From assembly GCA_000993275.1 (NCBI GenBank), contig LBVV01000007.1:57290-121289 (forward strand): a stretch of DNA of 64,000 nucleotides. The letters run 5' to 3'. Below the pieces are notes generated by a model. That model saw nothing but the letters and a program-made list of their open reading frames with translations. It did not search any database and had not been told where the DNA came from. The stretch's first letter is position 1; each line of letters opens with the position of its first letter. A program made the translations under genes and the position numbers. Shown here piece by piece: positions 18,684 through 27,951 of the stretch. Source of the stretch: a candidate division CPR2 bacterium GW2011_GWC2_39_10. GTDB lineage: Bacteria > Patescibacteriota > CPR2.

Positions 18684-19723
18684 TAAGAAATATTTTCAAA
18701 TAAATATAATATTATTCCGGTTACTGCCGATACGGCGCCAATTACCCAAAAACGCATCGTCACTTTTGGCTCCGGCCATCCTTTGGCTTCAAAATGATGA
18801 TGAATCGGAGTAGATAAAAATACCTTTTTCCCTAGGAATTTTCGTGAAAAAAGTTGGATTATCACCGACAAAGTTTCAAAAACAAAAACGCTTGCGATTA
18901 TTGGAAGCAAAAAAACGGTATCGGTAAACATTGCTATAACGCCTAATGTTGCTCCTAAGGCCACTGCGCCGGTATCACCCATAAAGAAACGGGCCGGATA
19001 AATGTTAAACCAAGTATAAGACAACATAGCTCCCACCACAGAAGCACAAAAAATGGCAATTCCAAAATATCCTTGCAACATTGCAATAACGGTATATGCG
19101 CCAAATGCAAATATTAACAGTCCTCCCGACAAACCATCCAAGCCGTCCGTAATATTAACTGCATTCGCCGCGGAAACAACAACAAGCATAAACAAAGGAA
19201 CATACAATAAGCCCATATTAAAGTTGCCCAAAAATGGTATTGCCAAAAATTCTTTTCCTAAATTGAAATGAAACCATATTCCTCCAGCCAAACTTAAAAT
19301 TAAAAGCCACGTCATTTTTACCCGACTCTTGATGCCGGCAATTCCGCCATTTTCACTGTTTATGTTTATATAATCGTCAACTAAGCCCAAAATACCAACC
19401 GCAACCAAAACAAATAATGGCAACCACGTTTGTTGTCTGCTTAAGTTAAAAATAAGAGTAAATACGGCCACCGGTATCCAAATTAGAATACCGGCCATTG
19501 TCGGAATATTTCGTTCGTGTTTTTTGGCATGCAATTTATGAAAGATGGGTGCTTTTTCTTTTCCTCCACCAATCCATGCCGTATCTTTTACCTTTTTCCA
19601 CCACTCATTTTTATAGGCGAAATAAGTAAAGAGAGGAGTTAAGGAAATAGATAGCGAAAAAGTAACAAAAGCCGCTAGCCCTGCTCTTAAAAATCTTTCT
19701 AGAAAAAATTGATCGATTTGCAT
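18683..19723 (-). CDS. mraY: Phospho-N-acetylmuramoyl-pentapeptide transferase
   Basis: Motifs 'NAVNITDGLDGL' and 'MGDTGAVALG', a polytopic membrane topology and a length of 346 aa. Confidence 0.9.
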   Translation of the reverse strand: MQIDQFFLERFLRAGLAAFVTFSLSISLTPLFTYFAYKNEWWKKVKDTAWIGGGKEKAPIFHKLHAKKHERNIPTMAGILIWIPVAVFTLIFNLSRQQTWLPLFVLVAVGILGLVDDYININSENGGIAGIKSRVKMTWLLILSLAGGIWFHFNLGKEFLAIPFLGNFNMGLLYVPLFMLVVVSAANAVNITDGLDGLSGGLLIFAFGAYTVIAMLQGYFGIAIFCASVVGAMLSYTWFNIYPARFFMGDTGAVALGATLGVIAMFTDTVFLLPIIASVFVFETLSVIIQLFSRKFLGKKVFLSTPIHHHFEAKGWPEPKVTMRFWVIGAVSAVTGIILYLFENIS

Positions 19724-19763
19724 ATTCAGTACCCATTTTACCTTAAGTTATGGTTATTAACAA

Positions 19764-21494
19764 TTAATTATCGTCCGGCGGTATATTATAATACATTAAC
19801 AAATTTTCCAATACATCATGAAATACGGGTGCTGCGGACGATTCTGCCCACTCAACGTCTTTCGGATTGTCAATTTTTGTATAAATGACGAAGCGCGGGT
19901 TAGTGGCCGGAGCGAAGCCAACAAAAGAGCCAATGGTTTTATTAGGGTCGTAGCCACCCGGAACCGGAACCTGTGCAGTCCCTGTTTTTCCGGCCACTTT
20001 ATAACCCGAAACCTTTGCTTGTTTTCCGTGACCTTTTTCTATAGTATTAATCATCATTTTTGTAACTTCTTTCGCGGCTTCTTCGGATATTGCCCTTTTT
20101 ATTATTTCAGTTTCCTTTTTTTCTTCTTTAATTCCCTGGCGCATGAAACTTTCAATTATCTTAGGCCTTACCAAGTTTCCCCCATTGGCTATTACCGAAA
20201 CTGCCGATGACATTTGAAGCGGCGTAACGGCTATGCTTTGTCCGAAACTCATTGTGGCATACGTATGGTCGTTAACTTCATTTGGGCCATACACCTTCCC
20301 CCCGTCCTCGAAATCAAATTCTATGCCGGTTTTCATTCCGAATCCAAATGTTTTGGTTAAATAGTTGAAGAAATCTTCTTCGCCTAACTTGCCCTGGATA
20401 TAAGCGGTTCCTAAATTCAACGATTGCTCTAAAATATAGCTCATGGAAACCGTACCATGCTTTTTTCTATCCGCATTATAAATTTTATTTCCGCCAACTA
20501 CAATATATTGAGAATCATTAAACGTGTCTTCCGGCTTAATTTTTCCGGAATCAAGTCCGGCCGCCATGGTAATAACCTTAAAAACGGAACCGGGCTCATA
20601 CTGCCTTAAATTTAAGTTATCAAAAAACCTATAATCTTCAATTTCATAATAATTATTAAGATCTAGCTCGGGTTCGTTTAAAAAGTAGCTGGCCATGGCA
20701 ATAATACCGCCGGTATTTGGATCCATTACTAAAACGGAACCACTATCGGCACCATGTTTTTCGACAGAATTCTTTAGAATTTCTTCAGTTGTTGCTTGTA
20801 CGTTTTTATCAATCGTCAAAACCAAGGAATCGCCGTCAACCGGCTTTATCAAAACATTATTCCCTGTTGCGATTATTGTACCCATAGCATCTCTTTCTGC
20901 TTTAAGCTTTCCCGGCTTGCCCTTTAAAATACTATCAAATGCCTGCTCTACCCCATATTGGGCGGTACCTGTTTTATTAACGAATCCTATAACTTGAGCC
21001 ATTAACGCTTTTTCCGGCCAATACCTTGAGGGTCTGGGCGCTATCCTTAAACCATTCAAATTAATTTCTTTTATTTGAGCTTCTTCTTCCATGCTTAACC
21101 CTTCTTTAATCTTGACATATCTGGGCGACGAAGGATGGTTTAATTTGTCTAAAACTTCTTCTTTGGAAAGACCAATAATTGAGGATATTTTTTCTGACGC
21201 CTCTTCTTTGTTATCAACCATAACCGGGTCGGCAAAAAGCTCATCATTTATATTATTCATGGCTATTTTTGATTTTCCGCTATCAGCATAATTATCTTTT
21301 ACGTAAATTTCACCCCTTTTTGCGGGCAAGTCGGAGTTTTTGTAATATTGATCCTGGGCAACCGCAGTATAATAATCATGTTTTACAATCTGCAAATAAA
21401 AAAGACGGCCCATAATTACAAGGCTTAAAAAAATTGAAAAGATTATCAGGAAGGAGATTCTCTTTCTTATATTAAATGTTCTATAGCCTGCCAT
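19764..21494 (-). CDS. ftsI: Penicillin-binding protein 2 / FtsI transpeptidase
   Basis: N-terminal TM anchor. SxxK motif 'GSVFKVITMAAGL', 'SxN' motif, and 'KTGTA' motif. 576 aa. Confidence 0.85.
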   Translation of the reverse strand: MAGYRTFNIRKRISFLIIFSIFLSLVIMGRLFYLQIVKHDYYTAVAQDQYYKNSDLPAKRGEIYVKDNYADSGKSKIAMNNINDELFADPVMVDNKEEASEKISSIIGLSKEEVLDKLNHPSSPRYVKIKEGLSMEEEAQIKEINLNGLRIAPRPSRYWPEKALMAQVIGFVNKTGTAQYGVEQAFDSILKGKPGKLKAERDAMGTIIATGNNVLIKPVDGDSLVLTIDKNVQATTEEILKNSVEKHGADSGSVLVMDPNTGGIIAMASYFLNEPELDLNNYYEIEDYRFFDNLNLRQYEPGSVFKVITMAAGLDSGKIKPEDTFNDSQYIVVGGNKIYNADRKKHGTVSMSYILEQSLNLGTAYIQGKLGEEDFFNYLTKTFGFGMKTGIEFDFEDGGKVYGPNEVNDHTYATMSFGQSIAVTPLQMSSAVSVIANGGNLVRPKIIESFMRQGIKEEKKETEIIKRAISEEAAKEVTKMMINTIEKGHGKQAKVSGYKVAGKTGTAQVPVPGGYDPNKTIGSFVGFAPATNPRFVIYTKIDNPKDVEWAESSAAPVFHDVLENLLMYYNIPPDDN

Positions 21495-21515
21495 TTTATT
21501 TATAATAGCACAAAC

Positions 21516-21845
21516 TTATTTTAAGGCCAAAGAAGACGTTGACGTTAAATAATTTATTTTCCTGACTTTTTCCAGTTCCTTATTGGCATTTTGCGACTTT
21601 TGAATTTCAGTTATCGATTGGAGTTTGGCAACTTCCGTTTCAAATTTTTCGGTTTCCGCCTCTATTTGTGCCTTCTTTTTTTCCAACTCATCGAAATCGT
21701 AATTTCTAACCAGTAGCCTGCTTGATTGCGACATATAAAGAAGGCTTAAAACAACCACAACTGAAATAGTTATGAAGCTTAAACTAATTGGCCCAACCAT
21801 AAAGGTTCTTTGATATTGTCTGTAAATTTTTGGATTTCTTTTCAT
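21516..21845 (-). CDS. ftsL: Cell division protein FtsL-like (septum formation initiator)
   Basis: 109 aa. A single TM helix followed by a coiled-coil ('ELEKKKAQIEAETEKFETEVAKLQ'). It lies immediately upstream of ftsI. Confidence 0.6.
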   Translation of the reverse strand: MKRNPKIYRQYQRTFMVGPISLSFITISVVVVLSLLYMSQSSRLLVRNYDFDELEKKKAQIEAETEKFETEVAKLQSITEIQKSQNANKELEKVRKINYLTSTSSLALK

Positions 21846-22101
21846 TTTTTTATTTTTCTTTTTTATTTTTACTATTGAGCCCCCAACTGGGGGGGCTCAA
21901 ACGGGACCTAACCACCCTCCGGCGTATGTCTCCTAGCATCTAGCAGTCAGATTGTTTTGTTTTTGTTTTTATTAGGTGGAAAGTTTTTTGCAAAGAGATG
22001 GATTTTATAAAATGAGGTGGATTTTATATTTTTTGAGGTGCAAAGATCTGTTCCTGGCTGCTAGATGTTAGACGACATATTATTTTATTTAATTTTTAAG
22101 G

Positions 22102-22533
22102 TTAAATTCCTAAATTTCCTAATTGCTCAGCAATCTCGTTACTATCTTTCTCTGTTTCTTTCTTATAATTGCTCCACTTCTCTCCCGACCAAATTTCTAT
22201 ACGGCTGTAAAGACCCGCAACAACTACTTCTTTCTTAATTCCTGCATACTCTCTTAAATAGGCTGGTAGAATTACCCTTCCCTGCTTATCTATGTCAACT
22301 TCCATTGCACCCGCCAACATCAGCCTTGAAAAGGCTCTTGCCCCGGACTGGCTAACCGGAAGATCACTTATCTTTTCCGCCATTTTTTGCCACTCTTCTT
22401 TAGTGTAAAGAAACAGACAGCTATCCAAACCCCTTGTTACTACCGCACCTTCGGATAATTTCGATCGAAATTTAGAAGGAACTGCTAGCCTGCCCTTGTC
22501 ATCAATATTATGCTGAAATTCTCCTATGAACAT
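22102..22533 (-). CDS. mraZ: Transcriptional regulator MraZ
   Basis: The N-terminus 'MFIGEFQHNIDDKGRLAVPSKFR' is the MraZ signature. A duplicated SpoVT-AbrB fold is present. 143 aa. Confidence 0.85.
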   Translation of the reverse strand: MFIGEFQHNIDDKGRLAVPSKFRSKLSEGAVVTRGLDSCLFLYTKEEWQKMAEKISDLPVSQSGARAFSRLMLAGAMEVDIDKQGRVILPAYLREYAGIKKEVVVAGLYSRIEIWSGEKWSNYKKETEKDSNEIAEQLGNLGI

Positions 22534-22548
22534 TTATCCCCTTTTTGG

Positions 22549-22617
22549 TGGCATTATCCACTTTTTTCCTACCACTTATCCCCACTTTCAACCACATGAA
22601 TCCATTATATACCACTT
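22549..22617 (-). promoter_or_regulatory. Array of MraZ-box-like direct repeats (AAGTGG on the coding strand) at 10-bp phasing upstream of mraZ
   Basis: Plus-strand CCAC(T) motifs begin at 22549, 22563, 22573, 22583, (22593 degenerate), 22603 and 22614. They lie 15-80 bp upstream of the mraZ ATG. Confidence 0.45.
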
Positions 22618-22651
22618 AGTTACCACCGGTCAACACTTTCTCACATATTTT

Positions 22652-22680
22652 AAAAAAGCCTCCCGCAAAAGGAGGCTTTG
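22652..22680 (-). terminator. Terminator for the upstream minus-strand gene (22864..23211), insulating it from the mraZ promoter
   Basis: Hairpin gcctcc-cgcaaaa-ggaggc, followed on the minus strand by TTTTTT. Confidence 0.55.
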
Positions 22681-22698
22681 ATAAAAAATTGTAACTAT

Positions 22699-22862
22699 TT
22701 ACTGGACCTACGCAAACCTACCACACCTCCCAAACCACCCCAAGTGGCTGAAATCCCTTTTTCTTCTGTCTGAGTATCTACGAATACGCTTCCAGTAGAG
22801 AAAAGAGGTTTTATCTCACCTTGTTTCGGCTTGGATAGATGCGTCATTTTGCGTAAGCCCGG
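22699..22862 (-). repeat. MITE-like repeat, copy A (reverse orientation), with TIR GG(G/A)CTTACGCAAA
   Basis: The reverse complement aligns at roughly 85-90% with 41962..42116 and 52605..52739. The terminal inverted repeats are 'tactggacctacgcaaa' and 'tttgcgtaagcccgg'. Confidence 0.6.
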
Positions 22863-22863
22863 T

Positions 22864-23211
22864 TTAAAAATCGTAAATATCTCGCCCTGAAAGTTCGTTA
22901 AATAATTCTTCCTCTATCTTCCCAATTTCATTCAAATAAGCAAGATCGGCCAAGAAGTCTCGGTGGACTCTTTCGAAAGCTTCGCTATTCTCTTCTTTCA
23001 ATACCGACAGAGCCTTAAAATTATCGGACACCCAGCCTTCTATTTCAAAGTCAGACATTAACTGGCCTTCCGTTTTGCCTTGATATTGCAGAAGGCAATC
23101 GGGCGGTTCTTCTTTCCAAATCTCATAATCCTCTAGGGTCCAAGCAAGATACGCTTTTCCGGCCGGGTTAGCCATATTCCATTTTTTTTGTTTGTCGTTT
23201 TTTTCTTTCAT
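22864..23211 (-). CDS. Hypothetical protein
   Basis: 115-aa acidic ORF with no recognisable domain, located upstream of mraZ. Confidence 0.45.
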   Translation of the reverse strand: MKEKNDKQKKWNMANPAGKAYLAWTLEDYEIWKEEPPDCLLQYQGKTEGQLMSDFEIEGWVSDNFKALSVLKEENSEAFERVHRDFLADLAYLNEIGKIEEELFNELSGRDIYDF

Positions 23212-23222
23212 GGTTGCCTTTT

Positions 23223-23960
23223 TTAGCTTAAGTTAACGATAAATTTTTCGGTTTTAATCGGATAATGTGAAATCATTTTTAGATATTCTATATTAAATGA
23301 TCTAATTTCTTCAAGCATTTTTTCTTTTTCTTTAACTTTTGAGGCAACCGATAAATCAAATCCGCTTATTATTCTCATATATTTTATCGCCGGAATAGAA
23401 ATGGCCTGATATCTCAAACCTTTTCTTATACAATCGGGGCATATCGTGCCGCCAAAATCACAAGATAAGCCGCTGTTGTCAGATTCTACAATGTCCTTAT
23501 GGCAACTAACACAACTGTCCGTTACCGGCCCAAAACCCAAAATTTTGAATATATTCAATTCGAAATATACGGCCGCTAATTTCTCGTCATGCTCTAAAAA
23601 GTCTAATGCATCGTTATATAAATTGTATATTTTCAGATTCTTTTCCCTTTCCGGAAGCAACTTGTCAATAATTTCTGAAAAATAATATGCATAAGCCATT
23701 TTCTTTAAATCACCCCTTAAATGCAGCCTCCTTTTTTTAACCTGGCTACCGCATATTGTATCTAAAGTTTTTCCTTCAGCTAACATATATTCGTTTAAAT
23801 AAAAAGGTTCCAGACTACCTCCAAGCTTACTCCTAATTTTTCTTGACCCCTTAGCAATTACTGCAACCTTGCCTTTTTCTTTGGTAAAAAGCTTAATTAA
23901 AAGATCCGCTTCCTTATAAGATGTCCTTCTTATAACCACTCCTTGGGTCTTGTAAGTCAT
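23223..23960 (-). CDS. recO: DNA repair protein RecO
   Basis: OB-fold N-terminus ('GVVIRRTSYKEADLLIKLFTKEKGKV'). C-terminal four-Cys zinc motif 'CVSCHK...CPDC'. 245 aa. Confidence 0.7.
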   Translation of the reverse strand: MTYKTQGVVIRRTSYKEADLLIKLFTKEKGKVAVIAKGSRKIRSKLGGSLEPFYLNEYMLAEGKTLDTICGSQVKKRRLHLRGDLKKMAYAYYFSEIIDKLLPEREKNLKIYNLYNDALDFLEHDEKLAAVYFELNIFKILGFGPVTDSCVSCHKDIVESDNSGLSCDFGGTICPDCIRKGLRYQAISIPAIKYMRIISGFDLSVASKVKEKEKMLEEIRSFNIEYLKMISHYPIKTEKFIVNLS

Positions 23961-24341
23961 CTAGGACAAAACCTGCCTGATTCTTTCAACTATTTCATCG
24001 GGGGTATGTCTGGACTTAATAAGATAATCCCTAACGCCTAACGCATAAGACAGCTCTTTATTCATATCAATTTTAGATTCCCCCAAATTTGTAAGCATGA
24101 TTACCGGAATTTGCCTGTACTTTGGCTCCTGTTTCATCTCCTTTAGGGCTTCGAAGCCGTTAACGTCGGGCATTAAGATATCAAGCATTATCAGATCGGG
24201 TACGAAACCCTCTTTAAGCTTTTGAAGCGCTTCTTTCCCCGAATGTGCAACTGTTACTTCAAACCCTTCCATTTCAAATTTGGTTTGATACATTTCTACC
24301 AATATTGCATCATCTTCAACTATGAATATTTTCTGAGACAT
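23961..24341 (-). CDS. Single-domain response regulator (CheY-like receiver)
   Basis: Receiver motifs 'IFIVEDD', 'DLIMLDILMPDVNGFE', 'IPVIMLT...K'. No output domain. It is immediately downstream of the histidine kinase. Confidence 0.8.
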   Translation of the reverse strand: MSQKIFIVEDDAILVEMYQTKFEMEGFEVTVAHSGKEALQKLKEGFVPDLIMLDILMPDVNGFEALKEMKQEPKYRQIPVIMLTNLGESKIDMNKELSYALGVRDYLIKSRHTPDEIVERIRQVLS

Positions 24342-24354
24342 TTTTTTCTCCTTA

Positions 24355-25929
24355 TTATTTACTCTTTAATAATGTAAAGATAAAGGTTGTGCCCTTTCCA
24401 ATTTCGCTTTCAACCGATATTTTTCCGCCTTGGGCTTCTACTAAATTTTTTGTTATATAAAGACCCAATCCGGATCCCCCCGCTTTTACGCTTAATTCAT
24501 TCTGAATTCGAACAAATTTTTTGAACAATTTTCCCCGATCGAAATCAGAAATGCCCACCCCGCTATCTTTTATTTGTATTTTAACAAAGTCATTTTCCGC
24601 GCTAACAATAACATCGACATTCGAACCGTTATGGCTATACTTAATGGCATTGTCAATTAGGTTAAATAAAATCTGCCGCAACCTATCTGAATCGGCTAAA
24701 ACTTTAGGGATGTTTTTTGGGATTATTTGGCTTATGCATATCTGCCTCGAGAGACCTTTTAGCGTTAGCTCATCAATAACTTCAATTAAAATCTTTGGCA
24801 GATCCAGTGAAACGATATTTAAAACCAGCCTATGTGTTTCCAATCTGTTAATCACTAACAAATCCTCCGCCAAATTAACCATTCTTTCGGTGCTAAGATA
24901 AATTCGATTTAGAAAGTGCAATTGTTTCGGCTCTAACGGTCCTGCATCCCCTTTTATCATCATCGACAAATAACCATTCGCCGCCGTAAGCGGAGTTCGA
25001 AGCTCATGAGAAACGATAGAAATGAATTCATTCTTTATCTGCTCAAGTTCTTTTTCTTTGGTTATGTCTCTAACGGTAATTATAATTAAACCTTTATGGG
25101 GAATGTTGGGATCTGTAACCGCGGATGCCGTCAGCGCCGCCCAAAAATGTTCTCCGTTGCTCCTTCTAAGTAAACCTTCGCTTTCATCGCCCTTTCTTTC
25201 CAGAGATTTTGTTATTAAACAATCGCTTTTTTTATCCGACTCATGAGTCCCCATAAATTTATGGATATCTTTTCCAATCACTTCCGCTTCTTTAAACCCA
25301 ATAATTCTCTCCAAAGCAGCATTGACTCCCAAAACTAAATGGTTATTATTTGAAATTACGGCTACTCCGTCTGCCGTATGGTCAAAAACGGCCTCCCATT
25401 TACGTCTTTCGGTTTCTGCCTTCCTTTTTTCATTTTCTAACTCCGTAATATCCCTATAGCAAGCTAAGACACCGACTACTTCATTATTATCAACTATTGG
25501 AGAAATTAGCACATGCAAAACCACTTCCCCGCCCTTGTTATCGATAGCTCTTATATTATAATCGATCTCTTTTTTACTAAGATTTACTATTTCATCAAAA
25601 GAAAGAGGCGCATCTTTTTCAAAAATAATTTTTTTATCAAAGAATTGACCCATGTTTTTTATATCCCTTTTTGCGCCGATGAAACAATCTTTTATGCCCA
25701 ACATTTTTTTTATGGAGTCATTACAGCTTAAAACCGTTCCCTTCGTATCAAAAACAATCAAGCCGTCTTGCATTGAGTTTTGGATAAGCCTTAAATCATT
25801 CCTTTCCTTTATGGATTGATTAAGCAATATTTGCAATTTATCAGCTTGACTTTCTTGTGAAACGTTAAGTTTATTTGTCACGCGAATAATTTTGCCGGTT
25901 TTTCTTTTTGTAATATCAAATTTAAGCAT
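24355..25929 (-). CDS. Sensor histidine kinase with PAS domains
   Basis: H-box 'SHELRTPL', N-box 'LIDNAIKYS', G-boxes 'DSGVGI' and 'GGSGLGLYI'. Two PAS-like segments are N-terminal. No obvious TM region, so it is probably cytoplasmic. Confidence 0.85.
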   Translation of the reverse strand: MLKFDITKRKTGKIIRVTNKLNVSQESQADKLQILLNQSIKERNDLRLIQNSMQDGLIVFDTKGTVLSCNDSIKKMLGIKDCFIGAKRDIKNMGQFFDKKIIFEKDAPLSFDEIVNLSKKEIDYNIRAIDNKGGEVVLHVLISPIVDNNEVVGVLACYRDITELENEKRKAETERRKWEAVFDHTADGVAVISNNNHLVLGVNAALERIIGFKEAEVIGKDIHKFMGTHESDKKSDCLITKSLERKGDESEGLLRRSNGEHFWAALTASAVTDPNIPHKGLIIITVRDITKEKELEQIKNEFISIVSHELRTPLTAANGYLSMMIKGDAGPLEPKQLHFLNRIYLSTERMVNLAEDLLVINRLETHRLVLNIVSLDLPKILIEVIDELTLKGLSRQICISQIIPKNIPKVLADSDRLRQILFNLIDNAIKYSHNGSNVDVIVSAENDFVKIQIKDSGVGISDFDRGKLFKKFVRIQNELSVKAGGSGLGLYITKNLVEAQGGKISVESEIGKGTTFIFTLLKSK

Positions 25930-26040
25930 GCCTATAATTTACCTTAAAATAACGCTTTTTTCAATCATAAGCGCTTTACTGGACTATAAATTCTGAGAAA
26001 CTTTAGATGTTTTTTATTTTTTTTAGCGTAAAATATAAAT

Positions 26041-26697
26041 ATGTTTCCATTAAAAGACAACATTCCCTCGAAAACCTTTCCTTTTATCACCTATTTAATT
26101 GTCTTTTTAAACGTCTTGCTCTTCATTCACGAATTAACTCTTGCTGCCGGTCTTGATGCGTTAATCGGGCAATATGCTTTAACTCCGGCAAATATTAATT
26201 TTAATAATTTTGATACTCTGTACCCGTTTGTAACAAGCGCTTTTTTGCACGGCGGCTGGCTGCACATACTGGGAAATATGTGGTTTTTAATCGTTTTTGG
26301 GGATAATGTTGAAGATAAATTCGGACATATTAAATTTTTATTATTTTATTTGGCTGCTGCCTTTGTCGCCGCATTTGCCCAATATGCCGCCGGTCCCACA
26401 TCTGCCACCCCTATTATTGGAGCTTCCGGCGCAGTTGCCGGAGTTTTGGGCAGTTACATCCTTTTATTTCCAAGGTCGAAAATACTAACCTTGGTATTTA
26501 TCATCATATTTGTCACCCTGCTCGAAATCCCCGCCTATCTTGTACTTGGTTTTTGGTTTATTTTACAACTTTTAAACGGGATTTACTCTCTTGATACAAC
26601 CATAACCGGAAGCCTTATTGCCTACTGGGCTCACATAGCCGGCTTTTTGTTCGGACTCGTAATTTCTGTTTATTACAAAGCAATATCCAAAAACTGA
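26041..26697 (+). CDS. Rhomboid-family intramembrane serine protease
   Basis: 'HGGWLHILGNMWFL', the GxSG catalytic motif 'GASGAVAGVLG', a catalytic His in 'AHIAGFLFG', and six TM helices. Confidence 0.8.
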   Translation: MFPLKDNIPSKTFPFITYLIVFLNVLLFIHELTLAAGLDALIGQYALTPANINFNNFDTLYPFVTSAFLHGGWLHILGNMWFLIVFGDNVEDKFGHIKFLLFYLAAAFVAAFAQYAAGPTSATPIIGASGAVAGVLGSYILLFPRSKILTLVFIIIFVTLLEIPAYLVLGFWFILQLLNGIYSLDTTITGSLIAYWAHIAGFLFGLVISVYYKAISKN

Positions 26698-26784
26698 CTT
26701 AACTTTTTGTAGAATCATCCAATAAATACTTGCTTCCATTTACTTATAATGCTTCCAGATGTAAACGGGAGCTAATTTGCTATC

Positions 26785-27507
26785 ATGACCCCAAAATCAT
26801 TTAAACTATTTAAAATTCTTGGAATAAGCATTGAGCTGGATGCTTCCTGGTTTATAATTTTCTTTTTTGTTGTCTGGACCCTATCAACCAGCCTTTACAA
26901 ACTGAATCTTCCCGGCGTTACTTTAAACATAAATATTATTCTTTCTATTGTTACAGCAATTTTATTTTTTTCTTCAGTCATCTTTCACGAATTGGCCCAC
27001 TCGGTAATTGCCATAAAAGAGGGCTTAAATGTAAAAAAAATTATACTTTTCGTCTTTGGCGGTGCCGCCTTAATTGATGACGAACCCAAAACACCGGGTG
27101 CTGAGTTTAGAATATCTGTCCTTGGACCAGCCTCCAGCCTTTTTTTGGCTTTATTTTTTTTCATATTCAGCCAAATGTTTGAGAATTATCAATACCTGTA
27201 TATCCCCGGACTTTTTTTATTTAACATTAATTTAATTCTTGCTTTCTTCAATTTAATTCCGGGCTTTCCTATGGACGGCGGAAGGATATTTAGATCATTT
27301 GTCTGGTATATTTCCGGCAACTATTTAAAAAGCACAAAAATTGCGGTAACTTTTGGTAAAATTATTGCCTTAAATTTTGCTTTATTCGGTTTATATTCTA
27401 TCCTCACTACCGATCTATCGGGACTATGGCTTATATTAATTGGGCTATTTTTATATCAAGCCGCCGATAGCTCCTTAAAACAAGCTCAAATAAAATTAGG
27501 CTATTGA
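26785..27507 (+). CDS. M50-family (site-2-protease-like) membrane metalloprotease
   Basis: HExxH motif 'FHELAHS' inside a TM helix, a polytopic topology, and an 'FNLIPGFPMDGGR' (LDG-like) motif. Confidence 0.65.
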   Translation: MTPKSFKLFKILGISIELDASWFIIFFFVVWTLSTSLYKLNLPGVTLNINIILSIVTAILFFSSVIFHELAHSVIAIKEGLNVKKIILFVFGGAALIDDEPKTPGAEFRISVLGPASSLFLALFFFIFSQMFENYQYLYIPGLFLFNINLILAFFNLIPGFPMDGGRIFRSFVWYISGNYLKSTKIAVTFGKIIALNFALFGLYSILTTDLSGLWLILIGLFLYQAADSSLKQAQIKLGY

Positions 27508-27538
27508 AATAAAACAATAATAAAACTATAATTTAATC

Positions 27539-27940
27539 ATGGCTTCCGTATTAATAATTGAAGATGATAATTCTTTGGCCAGATTATATAAGACCAAGTT
27601 TGAAGTGGAAAAATTTAAGGTCCAAATTGCTAGTGATGGTCCGTCCGGACTAAGGATAGCCAAAGAAATTAAACCGGATATTATACTTCTAGATGTAATG
27701 CTTCCTTTAATGAATGGATTTGAGGTACTAAGAAAACTACGAAAAAATAAAGAAACCAAAGAGATTCCCGTTATTATCCTGACAAATTATGGAGATATGG
27801 ATAATATTACGGAAGGATTTTTGAGGGGTGCAACCGAATTTATGGTTAAAGTTGAGCATACGCCCGAAGAAGTAGTTGAAACCGTCCGAGAGGTGTTAGA
27901 ATCAAAAGGCAGCATTATAAGCCGAGCATTCGAATCGTAA
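27539..27940 (+). CDS. Single-domain response regulator (CheY-like receiver)
   Basis: 'LIIEDD', 'DIILLDVMLPLMNGFE', 'IPVIILTN'. It is roughly 50% identical to the other single-domain receiver at 23961..24341. Confidence 0.8.
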   Translation: MASVLIIEDDNSLARLYKTKFEVEKFKVQIASDGPSGLRIAKEIKPDIILLDVMLPLMNGFEVLRKLRKNKETKEIPVIILTNYGDMDNITEGFLRGATEFMVKVEHTPEEVVETVREVLESKGSIISRAFES

Positions 27941-27951
27941 AAAATTTCTTT

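Noticed and set aside
21877-21898. G/C hairpin gagccccc-aact-gggggggctc considered as the mraZ terminator
   Set aside because: On the minus strand it is followed by an A-rich rather than a T-rich tract, and on the plus strand the T-tract precedes it. It does not fit a canonical intrinsic terminator in either orientation. It is kept as part of the unusual insert instead.
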